A DNA stretch of 64,000 nt from positions 97,972 through 161,971 of the forward strand of contig JBOEGF010000038.1 of assembly GCA_050633305.1 (NCBI GenBank). Direction: 5' to 3'. Positions 29,037-39,594 of this stretch are shown piece after piece (position 1 is the stretch's first letter; every line of letters starts with the position of its first letter). The notes under the pieces were generated by a model that was given only the letters and a program-made list of their open reading frames with translations, searched no databases and was not told the DNA's origin. The DNA is from Nannocystales bacterium (GTDB taxonomy: Bacteria > Myxococcota_A > Polyangia > Nannocystales > Nannocystaceae). The position numbers were made by a program, and so were the translations under genes.

Positions 29037-29990
29037 TCAGAACAGCGAATCAACGCAAGCGACGGCGACGCGTGGTGCGGCCAATCCGTGACAAGGAGCG
29101 TCGAATCCGTGAGGGGTCATGTCCACGTCTCCGGTCATGGGATCGAGACTCCACATGCGGCCCTGTGCGTCGCAGGTCAACACATCGTCGTCGAGCGGGG
29201 AGGACGTGAGTCCCCCGGGCTCATTGAGCGCGCGTGACAGGGGAATGTCGGTTCCGAGTGTCCCCGCGTTGGTGTCGAGGGTCCGGATGCGGAACTCGCC
29301 GACATCGGTGAGGGCATGGAACTGTGTGGCAGCAGCGCCGCTGGCCAGACCGACGACAGTCCCGATGCCGACGAGATCCAGACTCGCGACGATGGCCGGC
29401 TGCGCGAGGTCTACCCGCAACAACGCCTGCCGCATCTCATCGACACCCTCGATGGTGTCGTCCCCTGCGGTAGCGATGGAGTGAAACATGGCGGGAGGGT
29501 CGAGCGGATCGAGCGGCGACGTTTCGCACGTGCACGGGTCGAGGGTCCACAGGGCAACGGGGTCGGTGGAGCTGCCGACGAGAAGACCGCTGGGCAGCCA
29601 GGTGAGTGCGTCCGGATCTGCCATCGGTTGGTCGCACACCTCGAGCATGTGGCCGCTCGTGAGGTCGAGCGCGAGGAGTCGTGATTCTGGACCACCGACG
29701 GTGGCCACCCACGGCGGAGCTTCGGAAGTGGATCCGGTCGTCGAGCTGCTGCCGATGCCGCTCGAATCGGCAGACTCGAGCATACCTGTCGTGGTGTCCG
29801 CAGCCGCGGCGGTACCGACAGTCGTGGCGTCCGGGGCCGTCGTGGTGGTCTGGGGGAGTGGGCCGCTGCTGGCGTCTTGCCCTTCGTCCGAGGTCCAGCC
29901 GCCCACGGTCCCCGCAGGCGGGTTGCAGCAAGCCAGAGCGAGAGCGAGAAGCGAAGGATGGGCTCCGCGTCCGTGGGACGGGGTCGTCAT
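29037..29990 (-). CDS. Lipoprotein, Ser/Thr linker plus beta-propeller
   Basis: LALACC lipobox, low-complexity linker, propeller-like repeats. Confidence 0.75.
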   Translation of the reverse strand: MTTPSHGRGAHPSLLALALACCNPPAGTVGGWTSDEGQDASSGPLPQTTTTAPDATTVGTAAAADTTTGMLESADSSGIGSSSTTGSTSEAPPWVATVGGPESRLLALDLTSGHMLEVCDQPMADPDALTWLPSGLLVGSSTDPVALWTLDPCTCETSPLDPLDPPAMFHSIATAGDDTIEGVDEMRQALLRVDLAQPAIVASLDLVGIGTVVGLASGAAATQFHALTDVGEFRIRTLDTNAGTLGTDIPLSRALNEPGGLTSSPLDDDVLTCDAQGRMWSLDPMTGDVDMTPHGFDAPCHGLAAPRVAVACVDSLF

Positions 29991-30769
29991 TGCGACGCGG
30001 TACAGGCCCGCCGGATCCGTTGAGTGTGAAGGGAATCGGGGTAGCGGTCCTCGAACGCGGCGACTGCTTTGTGCCCCTGGCCTGGCGAGACCTCGCACCC
30101 AAGCAGTGCGCGACCAACCTCTCGTAGCTCGACCAGAGCGCCTTTGGGGAACCGTCGGGCGTGGTCGTCGAACGTTCTTTGAGCGGCGTCGTGGCGACCT
30201 GCTCGCAACGCGGCGTTGGCCGATCGGAGCAGCCGAACTTCCTCGTCGACAAGCTGGGCGGACGGGGGCGGAGGGGTAGGGGGCGCCTCGCGGTGCTCTT
30301 TTGGGTGCCGCTGCGCGCGGGGACCCGGCCGGGTCGTGATGGGTTTCCGACCCCGCCGAGGTGCATCAGCAAGCGGTGCGTCCGGCGATTCGATCGCGGC
30401 CACCGTCGGGGGCAGGCTGTGTTTCGCAGGGGGGGCAGGCGCGCTGGCGGGGTCGGGAGTTGCAGGCTCGAGCACCGCCACGGGAACCGAAGTGGGCGTG
30501 TTGGGGGCTGCGGCTCGCTGGGGATTGGCGTTGGGCCGAGGCCACACCGCAAGGCCGACTGCGGCCGCGACGACTGCTGCGATGAGCACCCACCACCCGG
30601 ATGCCATGCCCGGAGCCGGCGTGGCAGGAATGCCGCCGTCGGGCGGGCCACCGAGATCCAGCCGCCGCTCGACCCCCGCGAGGAGCGTTGCACGCTGCGT
30701 TGCAGACGGTCCGATCGCGTCGCGGTATCTCGCGATCGCGTCACGACCTTGCTTCGTCGAATCGCTCAT
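29987..30769 (-). CDS. Putative anti-sigma membrane protein with C-terminal TPR-like domain
   Basis: Single TM, Pro-rich linker, EEVRLLRSANAALRAG...RFPKGALVELRE; coupled to the ECF gene. Confidence 0.75.
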   Translation of the reverse strand: MSDSTKQGRDAIARYRDAIGPSATQRATLLAGVERRLDLGGPPDGGIPATPAPGMASGWWVLIAAVVAAAVGLAVWPRPNANPQRAAAPNTPTSVPVAVLEPATPDPASAPAPPAKHSLPPTVAAIESPDAPLADAPRRGRKPITTRPGPRAQRHPKEHREAPPTPPPPSAQLVDEEVRLLRSANAALRAGRHDAAQRTFDDHARRFPKGALVELREVGRALLGCEVSPGQGHKAVAAFEDRYPDSLHTQRIRRACTASQ

Positions 30770-31290
30770 GTCGTCCCCCCTCGTCGCTCGAGGTACGCCG
30801 CGAACAAGAGCCGAGCCCGACGCAGCCGTGAGTATACGGTGTTGAGTTTGAGCTCCAGGCTCGCGCCCACTTCGGGTGCGGACCAGCCTTCGACCTCGCA
30901 AAGGTAGAAGACCAGTCGGCGAGGCTCGTCCAAGGTCTCGAGGAAGGCGTCCAGGAACGCTCGAGCCTCGCGGCGCGCCATCTGTTCCTCGAGGTTGAGG
31001 CCGTCCGGCACAGCTTCGAGGGCGACCGATGGTTCGCTTCTCGTCTGTCGGCGGAGGTTGGCTGCGACCCGGCGGCTGATCGCGAACAACCAGGCCCGTG
31101 CGAAGCCGCGCTCCTCGTACCGATGCCAGCTTCGGTACGCGATGAGGAAGACGTCCTGGGCGGCGTCCTCGATGCTGGCCGCAGGCACCCCCAGCGCGTG
31201 CAGGCCGCGCCACACCGAGTCCCCGTGGGCTTGCACGAACTCGACGAACGCTGCTCGCCCCTCGGGGGCAGCTTTGGAGGGCGCACTCAT
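30766..31290 (-). CDS. ECF sigma factor
   Basis: IEDAAQDVFL, RAWLFAI, EGWSAPEV...NTVYSRLRRAR. Confidence 0.93.
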   Translation of the reverse strand: MSAPSKAAPEGRAAFVEFVQAHGDSVWRGLHALGVPAASIEDAAQDVFLIAYRSWHRYEERGFARAWLFAISRRVAANLRRQTRSEPSVALEAVPDGLNLEEQMARREARAFLDAFLETLDEPRRLVFYLCEVEGWSAPEVGASLELKLNTVYSRLRRARLLFAAYLERRGGTT

Positions 31291-32291
31291 CTCGCTTCGG
31301 ACATGTCGGCAGGACGTGGTTTCCGTCCCGAAAATTCGAACTCGATGCGGATTGCACCTCCGACCCCGATGCGGGGAGCGCGGAAGACCTCCCCGACGCC
31401 GTCGATGCGCACTCCGGGCCGAACGAGTGTGACACGGAGCCAGGGCGCCACAGAGACGGCGAAACGCGGGCCTAGCGAAAGCTCCGCCCGGGGCAGCAAC
31501 ACCGCGGCAAGCAGCGGCTCGTGGGTTCTTCGGGGGCCTTCGAGGCCAACACCCCTTGCGTGAAGCGCACCGATCTCGACTCCACCACATGCGGCGAGGG
31601 CGAAGCGGTTTCGCCCCCAACGCCCGCAGCCGTCGAGCGTGACCGATGATGCGGACAGCTGGCTGCCGACGTTCGACTCGCCCGGCACCGAAACGAAACC
31701 TCCCGGCCAGTGTGAGACGTCGACGTCGACAGCGAAACCAGTGCCGAGAAGCGTCGCGCCCAGAGTCGGGGCAGCGAAGGTCTCCGCGGCGACTCCGGAC
31801 CCGGCCAGAATGCCGGCCCGAACCCGCCATCGCACACGCGGAGGGGGTGTTGGGGGCTCGGAGTGATCCGTCGTCGCGGGCGCGGGGCTGGCCCTCTGCC
31901 GGGGCTCGAACCCGAGATCGGGACTGGGCTCGGGCTCGGGCTCGGGGTTGGGCTTGGGCTCGGATTCAGCCTCGAGGAGTAGTGCGACCTCGATCGCGAC
32001 CGCATCGACGAGCGAGTCGCACCGCGCCGCGTGGAGCTCTCTGCGCTGCTCTGCGTCGCCCCACGCCAGTCCCATCGTCAGGGTGAAAACCTCGTCGTGT
32101 TTCACCACGGTGGCGTCGAGCTTGGGGCGGGAATCGCTGCGAACGTGCGGCGGGGTCATGCCCGCGATCTTGGCGAGAACTGCCGCCGCCTTCGGGCACT
32201 CAACGGGGGCGTCCCACTGAAGATCGACCACCGTTGTCGGGTCTGGGTCGGGCGCGGTCGCGGCCAACACGCTCGCCAACGCGAACATCAT
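31287..32291 (-). CDS. Exported hypothetical protein with C-terminal beta-strand (possibly outer-membrane) domain
   Basis: Short signal, WDAPVECP, PEPEP linker, amphipathic strands; first gene of a translationally coupled four-gene operon. Confidence 0.7.
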   Translation of the reverse strand: MMFALASVLAATAPDPDPTTVVDLQWDAPVECPKAAAVLAKIAGMTPPHVRSDSRPKLDATVVKHDEVFTLTMGLAWGDAEQRRELHAARCDSLVDAVAIEVALLLEAESEPKPNPEPEPEPSPDLGFEPRQRASPAPATTDHSEPPTPPPRVRWRVRAGILAGSGVAAETFAAPTLGATLLGTGFAVDVDVSHWPGGFVSVPGESNVGSQLSASSVTLDGCGRWGRNRFALAACGGVEIGALHARGVGLEGPRRTHEPLLAAVLLPRAELSLGPRFAVSVAPWLRVTLVRPGVRIDGVGEVFRAPRIGVGGAIRIEFEFSGRKPRPADMSEAR

Positions 32292-32364
32292 CCGAGCCGA
32301 CCCTACCAGGGCCACCGTGTCGCGGGGTCGGGACGGATTCTGCCCTGTTCCTACATGACGGGGT

Positions 32365-33924
32365 GTGACTCGTCCTTGCTCGCGGCTCTTGGCTTCGCTT
32401 TTCATCCTTTGCACCGGGTGTTCCGATGACCCTGGCGCATCCTCTTCCGGTACCGATGGGGCCGCCTCGAGCGGGACCGGAGGCGCAAGCGGTCTCACGT
32501 CTGGCCAGGGGGACAGCGCGGACACCGAGTCTGGGAGCGTCGGCACCAGCGGTGCCGAGGAGACCGGTGGCGGAACGACAAGCACGGACACCAGCGACAC
32601 CGGGAGCCCCACCGACCCTCCACCGAACGACGGGCTTCCATGGGATCCCGAGCAGCTCGCGCGGGTCTGCGAGCGGGGCAACCAGGACCCTGTTGCGCTG
32701 CGGCTATGCAGCGCCGACCCCGGCCAGGTCACCAGTCTAGCCTCGCTCTACAGCGTCCTCGGACTGACCATCTCCCCTGCTCAGGTGGCGCTACTCGGCA
32801 ACTCGATGGCCGTCAGCGCTCGGAAGGTGTCCGCGATCAACCCGCGCGTGTTGATCAACTTTCCGTTCGACGACAACACCATTGGGGCCGTGGGTTACTC
32901 GCGCGGGGAGCAGATGGTGGAGCTGGTCGGGTACGACCCCGTCGCGGACCAGATCAACCTGTATGCGCTGCCGTTTTTTCAAGATTGCAACGACGATGTG
33001 TGCTCCTTGGCTGACCTCTACACCGAAACCGTGGAGTCGGGTTGGAACGCGTGGACGCTCTACCAAGACGTCGACATGGAGAACACCGCCTTCGACTGCT
33101 TGACGTGCCACGAGCCCAACGGGCCCGGTTCGGAGCGGCTCTTGCTCAACCGACAACCGACGTCCCCGTGGATGCACTGGTTCCCCACGAGTTTCTCGTT
33201 CGAGGCCGACGGCCCCACGCAATCGACCCTCGCGCTCATGCCCCTGTTCGAGGCGATGCATGGCAGCGAGTCGCACTACGGCGGCATTCCCATCGAGGAA
33301 CTCGTGCCGCCGGCGACCTCAGCCGCCGGTATCGTCGGGGAGCAACTCCTCATCAACTACTGGTTCAACTTACTGGGCGGGGTGGCGCCGGGCTTGAACC
33401 AGAGCGGACAACAGCACCCGTTTGACACGCTCGCGATCGAGGCCGACATCGCAGCCGGGTCCACCGAAACATGGGACGCGTACTACGCCCAAGTGTTGGC
33501 TGGGGAGCGCCTCCCGATCCCCTACCACCATCATGACATCACCGACCCGGGCAGGAGAGATGCCGTCATCGAATCCTACACCGGCGTGCTCGCAGGGGCG
33601 CCGCCGGAGTCCTTGCTCGACCCCTCCGACGTGCTCAGCGAAGAGGCCGAGGCCGCGCTCAGTTTCCGTCCTCGCGCTGATGCGTCGGCGGAGGAAATCC
33701 TCCATCACATCTGTCAGCGCTGCCACAACGACAGCCTCGACCAGACCTTGTCTCGGGCCAACTTCAACGCGCAGCACCCCGAGGACCTGACCACATTGCA
33801 AAAGCAGGCAGCGATAGCCCGACTGATGATGGACGACCACGCGCCCGGGAAGATGCCACCGCACCGGGCCGCCACCCTCGATGACGAGGCGCGTCAGACC
33901 CTGGTCGACTTCCTCTCGGAGTGA
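32365..33924 (+). CDS. Di-heme c-type cytochrome lipoprotein
   Basis: LCTGC lipobox; CLTCH and CQRCH; distal MPP motif near C-terminus. Confidence 0.8.
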   Translation: MTRPCSRLLASLFILCTGCSDDPGASSSGTDGAASSGTGGASGLTSGQGDSADTESGSVGTSGAEETGGGTTSTDTSDTGSPTDPPPNDGLPWDPEQLARVCERGNQDPVALRLCSADPGQVTSLASLYSVLGLTISPAQVALLGNSMAVSARKVSAINPRVLINFPFDDNTIGAVGYSRGEQMVELVGYDPVADQINLYALPFFQDCNDDVCSLADLYTETVESGWNAWTLYQDVDMENTAFDCLTCHEPNGPGSERLLLNRQPTSPWMHWFPTSFSFEADGPTQSTLALMPLFEAMHGSESHYGGIPIEELVPPATSAAGIVGEQLLINYWFNLLGGVAPGLNQSGQQHPFDTLAIEADIAAGSTETWDAYYAQVLAGERLPIPYHHHDITDPGRRDAVIESYTGVLAGAPPESLLDPSDVLSEEAEAALSFRPRADASAEEILHHICQRCHNDSLDQTLSRANFNAQHPEDLTTLQKQAAIARLMMDDHAPGKMPPHRAATLDDEARQTLVDFLSE

Positions 33925-33969
33925 TCGAGGGGGGCGGTCATCTTCGATCCGAACTCCAACAACTCCAGT

Positions 33970-35226
33970 TTGATGCACGATGTGTATGACCTTCAGGGAC
34001 GGCTTGAGGCGCAGGGCGTGACTGCAGGGGATCCCTACCTCGCGATCTCGAGTCTCGCTCTGTTGCTCACCCGAGATCGAATCCATAAAGCTGCGACGCC
34101 GCCGTCTCGAGAGTCACAGCTCGCCACTCGAGTCCTCACTCACCTCGGTAGGCTCAACCATCAACTGGCTGCAGAGATCAGAACGAGCCAAGGAGAACAG
34201 GCGCCGCCGGTGGTCAATGGCGACATAGATGGCTGTGGCGCAGAACCCCATGCGCCTTGCACCAACTGGTATCAACGCGAGTACATTTTTCCCGAGCAGA
34301 CCCTGTGACTTGAGTGTCAGGAGGTTAGGGACGGCTCGGGCAGATGGCATGCCCAGTGTTCTATTGTTGGGAATGGGGCGCAGCAAGCAAGCTGGTCGAA
34401 CGATGGCCCGCTTCACGGAGCAAGTCCAAGTTTTGACGGCTTGGCGGCGGGGATGCGCGCGTCGTTGCAAAGCGAATGGTCAAAATATAGCTTTGGGCAG
34501 CTCGACAAGTCAGCGTTCTACGGTGCCGAGGTTGTCGCTCCTTGGTTACAGCTCGCGCCCTCCCCCATTCCGATTTGCGACAATTGTAGGGATATCGCTA
34601 GTCGTGAGGGCTGCCGACAGCGACCGATCCAAGGCGGAGGCGACCGGCTCGAGGCAAACCTCTACAACGTCGGGCCGTGGGAAGCGATCGAGCAGGTCGA
34701 GTTTGAAGATGGCCGAGTTGCGCTCCGATCAGCGAACAGTTGCCAGTTTTTGAAGACCCAAGGCAATGGACAACCCGTGCGCGCGGTCGCGCATCAGGCT
34801 CCCGAGTCAGAGCGACTCAACATGGTGGCCTACAACGACCGAACCGTCTTTCGCACCACCAACGGTCGGTATCTGGGGATTCGAGCTACATCCTCCAACA
34901 CCCTCTTCGCCGACTTCGACCGCCCATCCAGCCCCGAAACACAGTTCGAAGTCCTGGGGCCCTACAACGCTCTGGTCGAGTCCTGCGAGTTTGAAAAAAA
35001 GCATGGTCGCTGGCATTCCTCGTGCGACCTCCCAGCCGTGAGCACTCCCAAACTCTTTGTGGGCGACTGCAGATGCGACGGCCGAGTACTTCAACACCGC
35101 TCAACAGGTCGCTACCTCTGCGAGGCGCTGCCCGAAACCTGCGGCGGAGTGTCTTTTGGGGACACTCTTGGGCGGTCGCCCAATATGAGTCGGTACTCTG
35201 TCGCGATCGGAGCACCTGTGCTGTGA
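33970..35226 (+). pseudogene. Fascin/beta-trefoil-like domain protein interrupted by one in-frame TGA
   Basis: ORFs 33970-34308 and 34441-35226 share a frame, separated only by TGA at 34306-34308; VALRSAN..FL and FRTTNGRYL motifs. Confidence 0.65.
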
Positions 35227-35972
35227 CGTCGTCCTTGCAATGAAGTAGGGGAAAACAGGTGAAACGCCTCGGACAACCGAGGTGGACGGGCATCCCCTTG
35301 GTCGCTCTCGCCTTGGTGCGGCGTCCGCTGCACGACCGCGCGAAGGCGGTTGCAGCGGAGGGACACGGCGTGGTGGACGCCATCGCGATCCACCTACTTT
35401 GAAGCCCTCGAAGAGAATCGTGCACGTGAAGAGCAGGATCGAGCAGGACGCGGCCGTGCACGGTGTTCATCTGCGGGCGAGGACCGAACCGCGCCAGCTA
35501 CCGGGCCTTGGCGTCGCTCGCCCAGCTTCACGAGGTCGCCCGGGAAGCCAACTTCGAGGCCATCGTCTGCGACCTGCAGAACTTCGCCGGCGTCAAAGCT
35601 GCGATCATGCGCTCATCGACGCGTTTCACGGCTTCACGACACCTGATAGAGAGGAGGGGAGCGGTCATAGCTCGGTTCAACGGCGCTGTTGGCGAGCGGA
35701 AACAGGGGCTGCGGCCGCAGGGACGAGATACACACCGTCGCTAGTCCCCGCATTCGACGGTTCACGCCCGACCGATACTCCTCGCTCCGCTGCTCAAGGG
35801 CGTGTTCCGCAAGTCAATACGAGATTACTTGCTCTTGACCCTCCATCATCTGTGCACCCGGGGAGGTGGGCGAGCGCAAACAGATCAAGGCGATCCGGGC
35901 CGCGAGTACGTCGCGGCGCATGATACTGGCTGACCGACGAGGCAACGAAGGCTGGCTTCGCGAGGCCCCGGC

Positions 35973-36440
35973 TTACGGCTCTTCGGCCCAGGTTCGGAGC
36001 TTGCGCTTGAGCTTCTCGCCCACCTTCTGCTCGACCTCGTCCCAGTCCTCGTCGGGCTCGGCCTCCGCCCAGGCGCGAAGCTTGCGGCGGACCTTCGCCT
36101 CGACCTTGCCCGCGACCTCTTGCCACTCTTCGTCGTTGCGACGGCGACGGGCGCGTCGGTGGGCTTCCGAACCGCCTCCGCCCGAGATGCACAGGATGCC
36201 CAGCATGAAGCCGACGTCGTACCAGGTGCCCACGTTGTCACGTTCGTAGATCTCGACTGAGTCGAAGAAGAACCCGACGACCAGCGCGACGAGCGAGATG
36301 ATGCCGTGCCAGAGCCCGGCCCAGAACCCAGCTGGGGCATCGAGGGAGTACTTGGGATCTCCGGCCGCACACGCTGCGAGGAGCACGATGGCGAGCAGCG
36401 CGATGGCTTTGGTCGTCGAGCCGAGACGTCGAGTCTGCAT
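35973..36440 (-). CDS. Conserved membrane lipoprotein
   Basis: LLAAC lipobox; PAGFWAGLWHG...IYE..N.G.WYDVGF; duplicated WxEVxxKV helix in tail. Confidence 0.8.
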   Translation of the reverse strand: MQTRRLGSTTKAIALLAIVLLAACAAGDPKYSLDAPAGFWAGLWHGIISLVALVVGFFFDSVEIYERDNVGTWYDVGFMLGILCISGGGGSEAHRRARRRRNDEEWQEVAGKVEAKVRRKLRAWAEAEPDEDWDEVEQKVGEKLKRKLRTWAEEP

Positions 36441-36528
36441 GGTCTGCGAGTGCGGTTGGGGGTCGTCGCACTCGCGGCAAGTGCTTCGGGCAGGCTCACC
36501 GACCCGCGCACGGGCTGCGCGCGCTCGC

Positions 36529-37065
36529 TCACAGTTGCTCGATGTCGATCCGAAGGTCGCTATCGTCGGGCCCCTTGCCGAACGAGCCATCGTCCCACCT
36601 CACGGACATGGTCACGTCCCAGTCGACGGTGACCGCTTCACCAGGCTCGAGCGATTCCACCGAGAACTGCACCGCCTCGGGGTCGGCACAGCGCTCGCCG
36701 CTGCCTTTCCACATGGCATTCGCGACGAGAGAGAAGCCGGTTTCGACCTCATCGGCGCCAGAGAGGTCGAGCTCTCGGACGTGAACGCCATCCTCCTCCT
36801 CCTCGGGTCGCTCGAGGGACTCCACACGCAGTGTGACGTCGCGGCCTGTGTTGGTCGTGGCCGCGACGTTCACCCGTCCGTGCACGAAGAGCTTCTTCGG
36901 ATCGGGCCCGTTCAAACACATCGTGACGTCGAACGCCTCGATCGGAGACTCGCCCGTCAGTGTGAAGGATGGGCCCGACGCGGTCCGGGTCTGCTCGGGC
37001 AACGAGCAGCCACTGACGAGCAGGCCGAGGGAAACGAGCGAAGCGAGTCGGGTCATCCAGGTCAT
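36529..37065 (-). CDS. Hypothetical lipoprotein
   Basis: LVSGC lipobox; GAGGAG RBS. Confidence 0.75.
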   Translation of the reverse strand: MTWMTRLASLVSLGLLVSGCSLPEQTRTASGPSFTLTGESPIEAFDVTMCLNGPDPKKLFVHGRVNVAATTNTGRDVTLRVESLERPEEEEDGVHVRELDLSGADEVETGFSLVANAMWKGSGERCADPEAVQFSVESLEPGEAVTVDWDVTMSVRWDDGSFGKGPDDSDLRIDIEQL

Positions 37066-37149
37066 GGCTCCTCGATAGTGCTCACCGCTTACCAAACGAT
37101 CATTCAAAACCCCTAGATTTCAAGGTGTTGCGTTCTGCAACGCCGGCGT

Positions 37150-37587
37150 TTGCGACCGTTCGCAACATGCAGGTCCGCGGTCTTTGCGTCTGCAACTGAG
37201 CTTCGTTGGCCCGTGATAGCGTCTGTGGGCGTGGGGAATTCTGCGGCCGGGGTCGAGGTGGATACAGGGCTGCGCGGTCTCGTAGCCTCGTTGCCAGAGG
37301 TCATCACGATGGAGGCGATCGCCGAGCTCGAAGCACGGTTGTCGGAACACCAGTCGGACCCCTGGGACTGCATTCTGCTCGACACGAACCAGCACGCGTT
37401 CGAGTCGATTGCTTGCATCAAGGCGCTGCGCCGCACGTTGGAGGGGGCGCGGCTCGCCGAGCGAGGGACCCTCGTGGCGTTCGTGGCCCCGGCGGCATGC
37501 AGACCACCGGAGATCGTGTCGTCGCAGGAGGCGTACTTCAGCGACGTGGACGCGGCCCGGTCGTGGCTGGAGGAGTCGCTTCGGTAG
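37150..37587 (+). CDS. Hypothetical protein, STAS/SpoIIAA-like
   Basis: ILLDT...VAFV...YFSDVDAARSWL pattern; start uncertain. Confidence 0.5.
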   Translation: MRPFATCRSAVFASATELRWPVIASVGVGNSAAGVEVDTGLRGLVASLPEVITMEAIAELEARLSEHQSDPWDCILLDTNQHAFESIACIKALRRTLEGARLAERGTLVAFVAPAACRPPEIVSSQEAYFSDVDAARSWLEESLR

Positions 37588-37626
37588 ACGCGCCGCCCAC
37601 TCGAGGGGTGGGTGTTTGGGAAGTGG

Positions 37627-38541
37627 CTACGCGAGGAAGACCTTCCACCACCGCGAGTAGCCGACCGCCTCATCCAGCGGAACAAAAAACAACGGCGCGG
37701 TCACAACCATGAGTCCCGTATGCAATGCCGTGGCGATCGGGCGGGGGAGCTCCCACGGCACCCGCGACACGAGCACGACGCCGAGCCCGTGGAGGATGAA
37801 GAACATCAGCATCCACCCGGTGTAGCTGCCGAAGCCATGCCCGCAGGCGACGACCAGGTACTCGTGCATGAGTCCACTGATGGCGAACACGAGTATCGTG
37901 GCCCTCACAGGTCTCCTGCGCCCGCCGGCGGGAACGAATACGTTGGAGAAGGCCCACCGCGTGACGAAGCGATTCCAACGTCGCCCCCAGAAGTCCGAGG
38001 ACGAGCGCGCCAACATCGGGGCCTCGAAGCTCTCGCTCATATGCAGGCCGGTCAGCATGAGCAGACCGGTGAGCCCATCGGCGATGGCCGAGATCAGGGC
38101 GTAGAGGTAGAGCATCGACCAGACCGTGAATCCGAGCCCAAGGGCGGTGATGTCTGCGACCGTCCGGTTGAAGAGCACCAAGGAGACGACGACGGCGGTC
38201 TTGGGCACGATACGAGCGAGGCGAGTCCAACCCTGGCGTCGATTCAGGGCTGCTTGCTCAGCATCGTGGGGGAGTCGTGCGTCTGCCGGAACCAACCACC
38301 ACAACCAAAAACGCCAAGGCTTCGAGCCGAGATCGGGGTCGCGACCACGCGAGCGCTCCCAGACTCTGGCGGCCCATACGACGGCCAAAGCGGAGAGCAC
38401 CAGGCGGCCCCATTGCGGCGAGGTCGGAGTCAGAAACGGTAGGGACGCGACAGCTACGACACCGAGCGGTCCAGGCACGCGGCGCTTTCGGACGAGCAAC
38501 GTCAGCACGAGGGCAAGCAGGCACGATGGGATCCAGGCCAC
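37627..38541 (-). CDS. MBOAT family O-acyltransferase (wax-synthase-like)
   Basis: FEAPMLARSSSDFWGRRWN and FAISGLMHEY motifs; multiple TMs. Confidence 0.88.
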   Translation of the reverse strand: MAWIPSCLLALVLTLLVRKRRVPGPLGVVAVASLPFLTPTSPQWGRLVLSALAVVWAARVWERSRGRDPDLGSKPWRFWLWWLVPADARLPHDAEQAALNRRQGWTRLARIVPKTAVVVSLVLFNRTVADITALGLGFTVWSMLYLYALISAIADGLTGLLMLTGLHMSESFEAPMLARSSSDFWGRRWNRFVTRWAFSNVFVPAGGRRRPVRATILVFAISGLMHEYLVVACGHGFGSYTGWMLMFFILHGLGVVLVSRVPWELPRPIATALHTGLMVVTAPLFFVPLDEAVGYSRWWKVFLA

Positions 38542-38608
38542 GCGAACTCGCAAGCTATCACGCAAGATCCAGGGCTGGGACTCAGTTGCAACACTCGAGG
38601 TCGTGGCC

Positions 38609-39520
38609 CTACGGCGTCGGCTTCGTGGGCGGTCCAAAGAAGCGGGCGGCGTATTCGATGAACACCCGAACCTGCGGCGCTTGGTGCTTGCGGTCGACGT
38701 ATACGAGGCTCAGGGGTGCCGGTGCGCTGATCTTCCCGGAAAGCACTTGGACGAGTCGGCCCGAGTTGATGTGGGGCTCGACCAAGCCAAAGGGGGCCAG
38801 AGCGATGCCCAGGCCGGCGAGTGCCCATTCGATGCGAAGCCTCATGTCACTGCTGGCGAGGGCGTGCGGCACCGTGACCTCTCCGCCCCGCGTCAGCGGC
38901 CATGTTTGGCTGGGCACATGCCCGCCGCGGAACCCGACGATCACGTCGTGGTCGGCCAGATCCTTGGGACTCCGAGGCACACCCCTACGCTCGAGATAGT
39001 CGGCGCAGGCACATGCAACCGTGGTGTCGCTCGAGAGACGCCGAACGATCAAGTCCGAGTCCGGGATCGGGCCCCCGCGGATGGCGACGTCGATGCCCTC
39101 GGCGACGAGGTCGACATGGCGTTGGGTGGCGGAGACCTCGAGTCGGACCTCGGGAAAGTCCTTCGCGAACGCGGCGAACAGCACGCGGGCGCGTTGGCTG
39201 AAGTGGGTCGAAACTCGAAGGGGACCCCGCGGCTTGTCATCGAGTCGGCGGAGGGCCGCCCATGTTTCGTCGGTCTCGGTGACGATTCTACGCGCACGGG
39301 CAAAGAGCTGCTCCCCCGCATCGGTCGCGACGAGCCGTCGCGTTTCGCGATGCAAGAGACGAACGCCCAGCGACGACTCGAGGGCCGAGAGTCGACGGCT
39401 CAACGTGGCTCGCGGGATGTCGAGTCGGCGCGCGGCGGCCGAGATGCTGCCTTGCTCGAGTACGACGACGAACTCGCGGAGCCGATCCGCGCTCGGACGA
39501 CCTGTGATCTCAGTGGACAC
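38609..39520 (-). CDS. LysR family transcriptional regulator
   Basis: GSISAAARRL...LSRRLSALESSLGVRLLHR; DLVAEGIDVAIR. Confidence 0.93.
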   Translation of the reverse strand: MSTEITGRPSADRLREFVVVLEQGSISAAARRLDIPRATLSRRLSALESSLGVRLLHRETRRLVATDAGEQLFARARRIVTETDETWAALRRLDDKPRGPLRVSTHFSQRARVLFAAFAKDFPEVRLEVSATQRHVDLVAEGIDVAIRGGPIPDSDLIVRRLSSDTTVACACADYLERRGVPRSPKDLADHDVIVGFRGGHVPSQTWPLTRGGEVTVPHALASSDMRLRIEWALAGLGIALAPFGLVEPHINSGRLVQVLSGKISAPAPLSLVYVDRKHQAPQVRVFIEYAARFFGPPTKPTP

Positions 39521-39594
39521 TAGATGGACGATGAAGGCTACTTGTGCTGCCTACGGATCGGAAGCAACTTCTGGTGAATCACGGAGAACACGCC

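Noticed and set aside
34306..34308. Selenocysteine codon
   Set aside because: No redox motif context and no SECIS verified; a nonsense change is more parsimonious
35259..35744. Fragmentary coding-like sequence
   Set aside because: Several short frames and no recognisable family; possibly a remnant, but cannot be supported
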